Below are positions 63,976 through 64,000 of a DNA stretch of 64,000 bases, in pieces. Source of the DNA: Felis catus (lineage: Eukaryota); the NCBI RefSeq assembly GCF_018350175.1, contig NC_058368.1, positions 59,150,001 through 59,214,000 on the forward strand, in the 5' to 3' direction. The notes below the pieces were generated by a model. It did no database searches. It saw only the letters and a program-made list of their open reading frames with translations, and was not told the origin of the DNA. Within the stretch, counting starts at the first letter, position 1. Every line of letters starts with the position of its first letter. The translations under genes and the position numbers were made by a program.

Positions 63976-64000
63976 ATGTTTTAAAAATCTTAAAATAATT

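Noticed and set aside
1..64000. Prokaryotic-type systems (CRISPR arrays, operons, defence islands) or contamination
   Set aside because: The sequence is consistently mammalian and repeat-rich. There are no repeat-spacer arrays or dense non-L1 ORFs.

Overview
AT-rich mammalian genomic DNA, most likely from a felid because it carries many SINEC_Fc-type tRNA-derived CAN-SINEs. I recognised no host protein-coding exon. Nearly all ORFs in the track are LINE-1 fragments, SINE or microsatellite read-throughs, or chance ORFs. The window is dominated by retroelements: (i) a young full-length L1 (47057-53003, minus strand) with a target-site duplication (TSD), CpG-rich 5'UTR and an uninterrupted 1121-aa stretch of ORF2, but frameshifts in ORF1 and early ORF2; (ii) an older full-length L1 (17528-26169) that splits an ancient gag-pol-env ERV relic and itself hosts a younger L1 fragment and SINEs; (iii) a 5'-intact, 3'-truncated L1 (34298-38093); (iv) a twin-primed 5'-inverted L1 (55246-56998); (v) about 23 CAN-SINEs, solo LTRs, MER53 and Tigger-type MITEs, MIR/L2 relics and many microsatellites; (vi) a 35-nt tailless U2 snRNA retropseudogene with a 20-bp TSD. 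I cannot support a wholly new biological system. The best leads are an ORF0-like antisense ATG/splice-donor/ORF in the young L1 5'UTR, the ancient env-bearing ERV, the tailless U2 copy, and a strong L1 strand bias suggesting a + strand host intron. Repeat subfamily names are from my recollection of consensus sequences and need RepeatMasker/Dfam confirmation.
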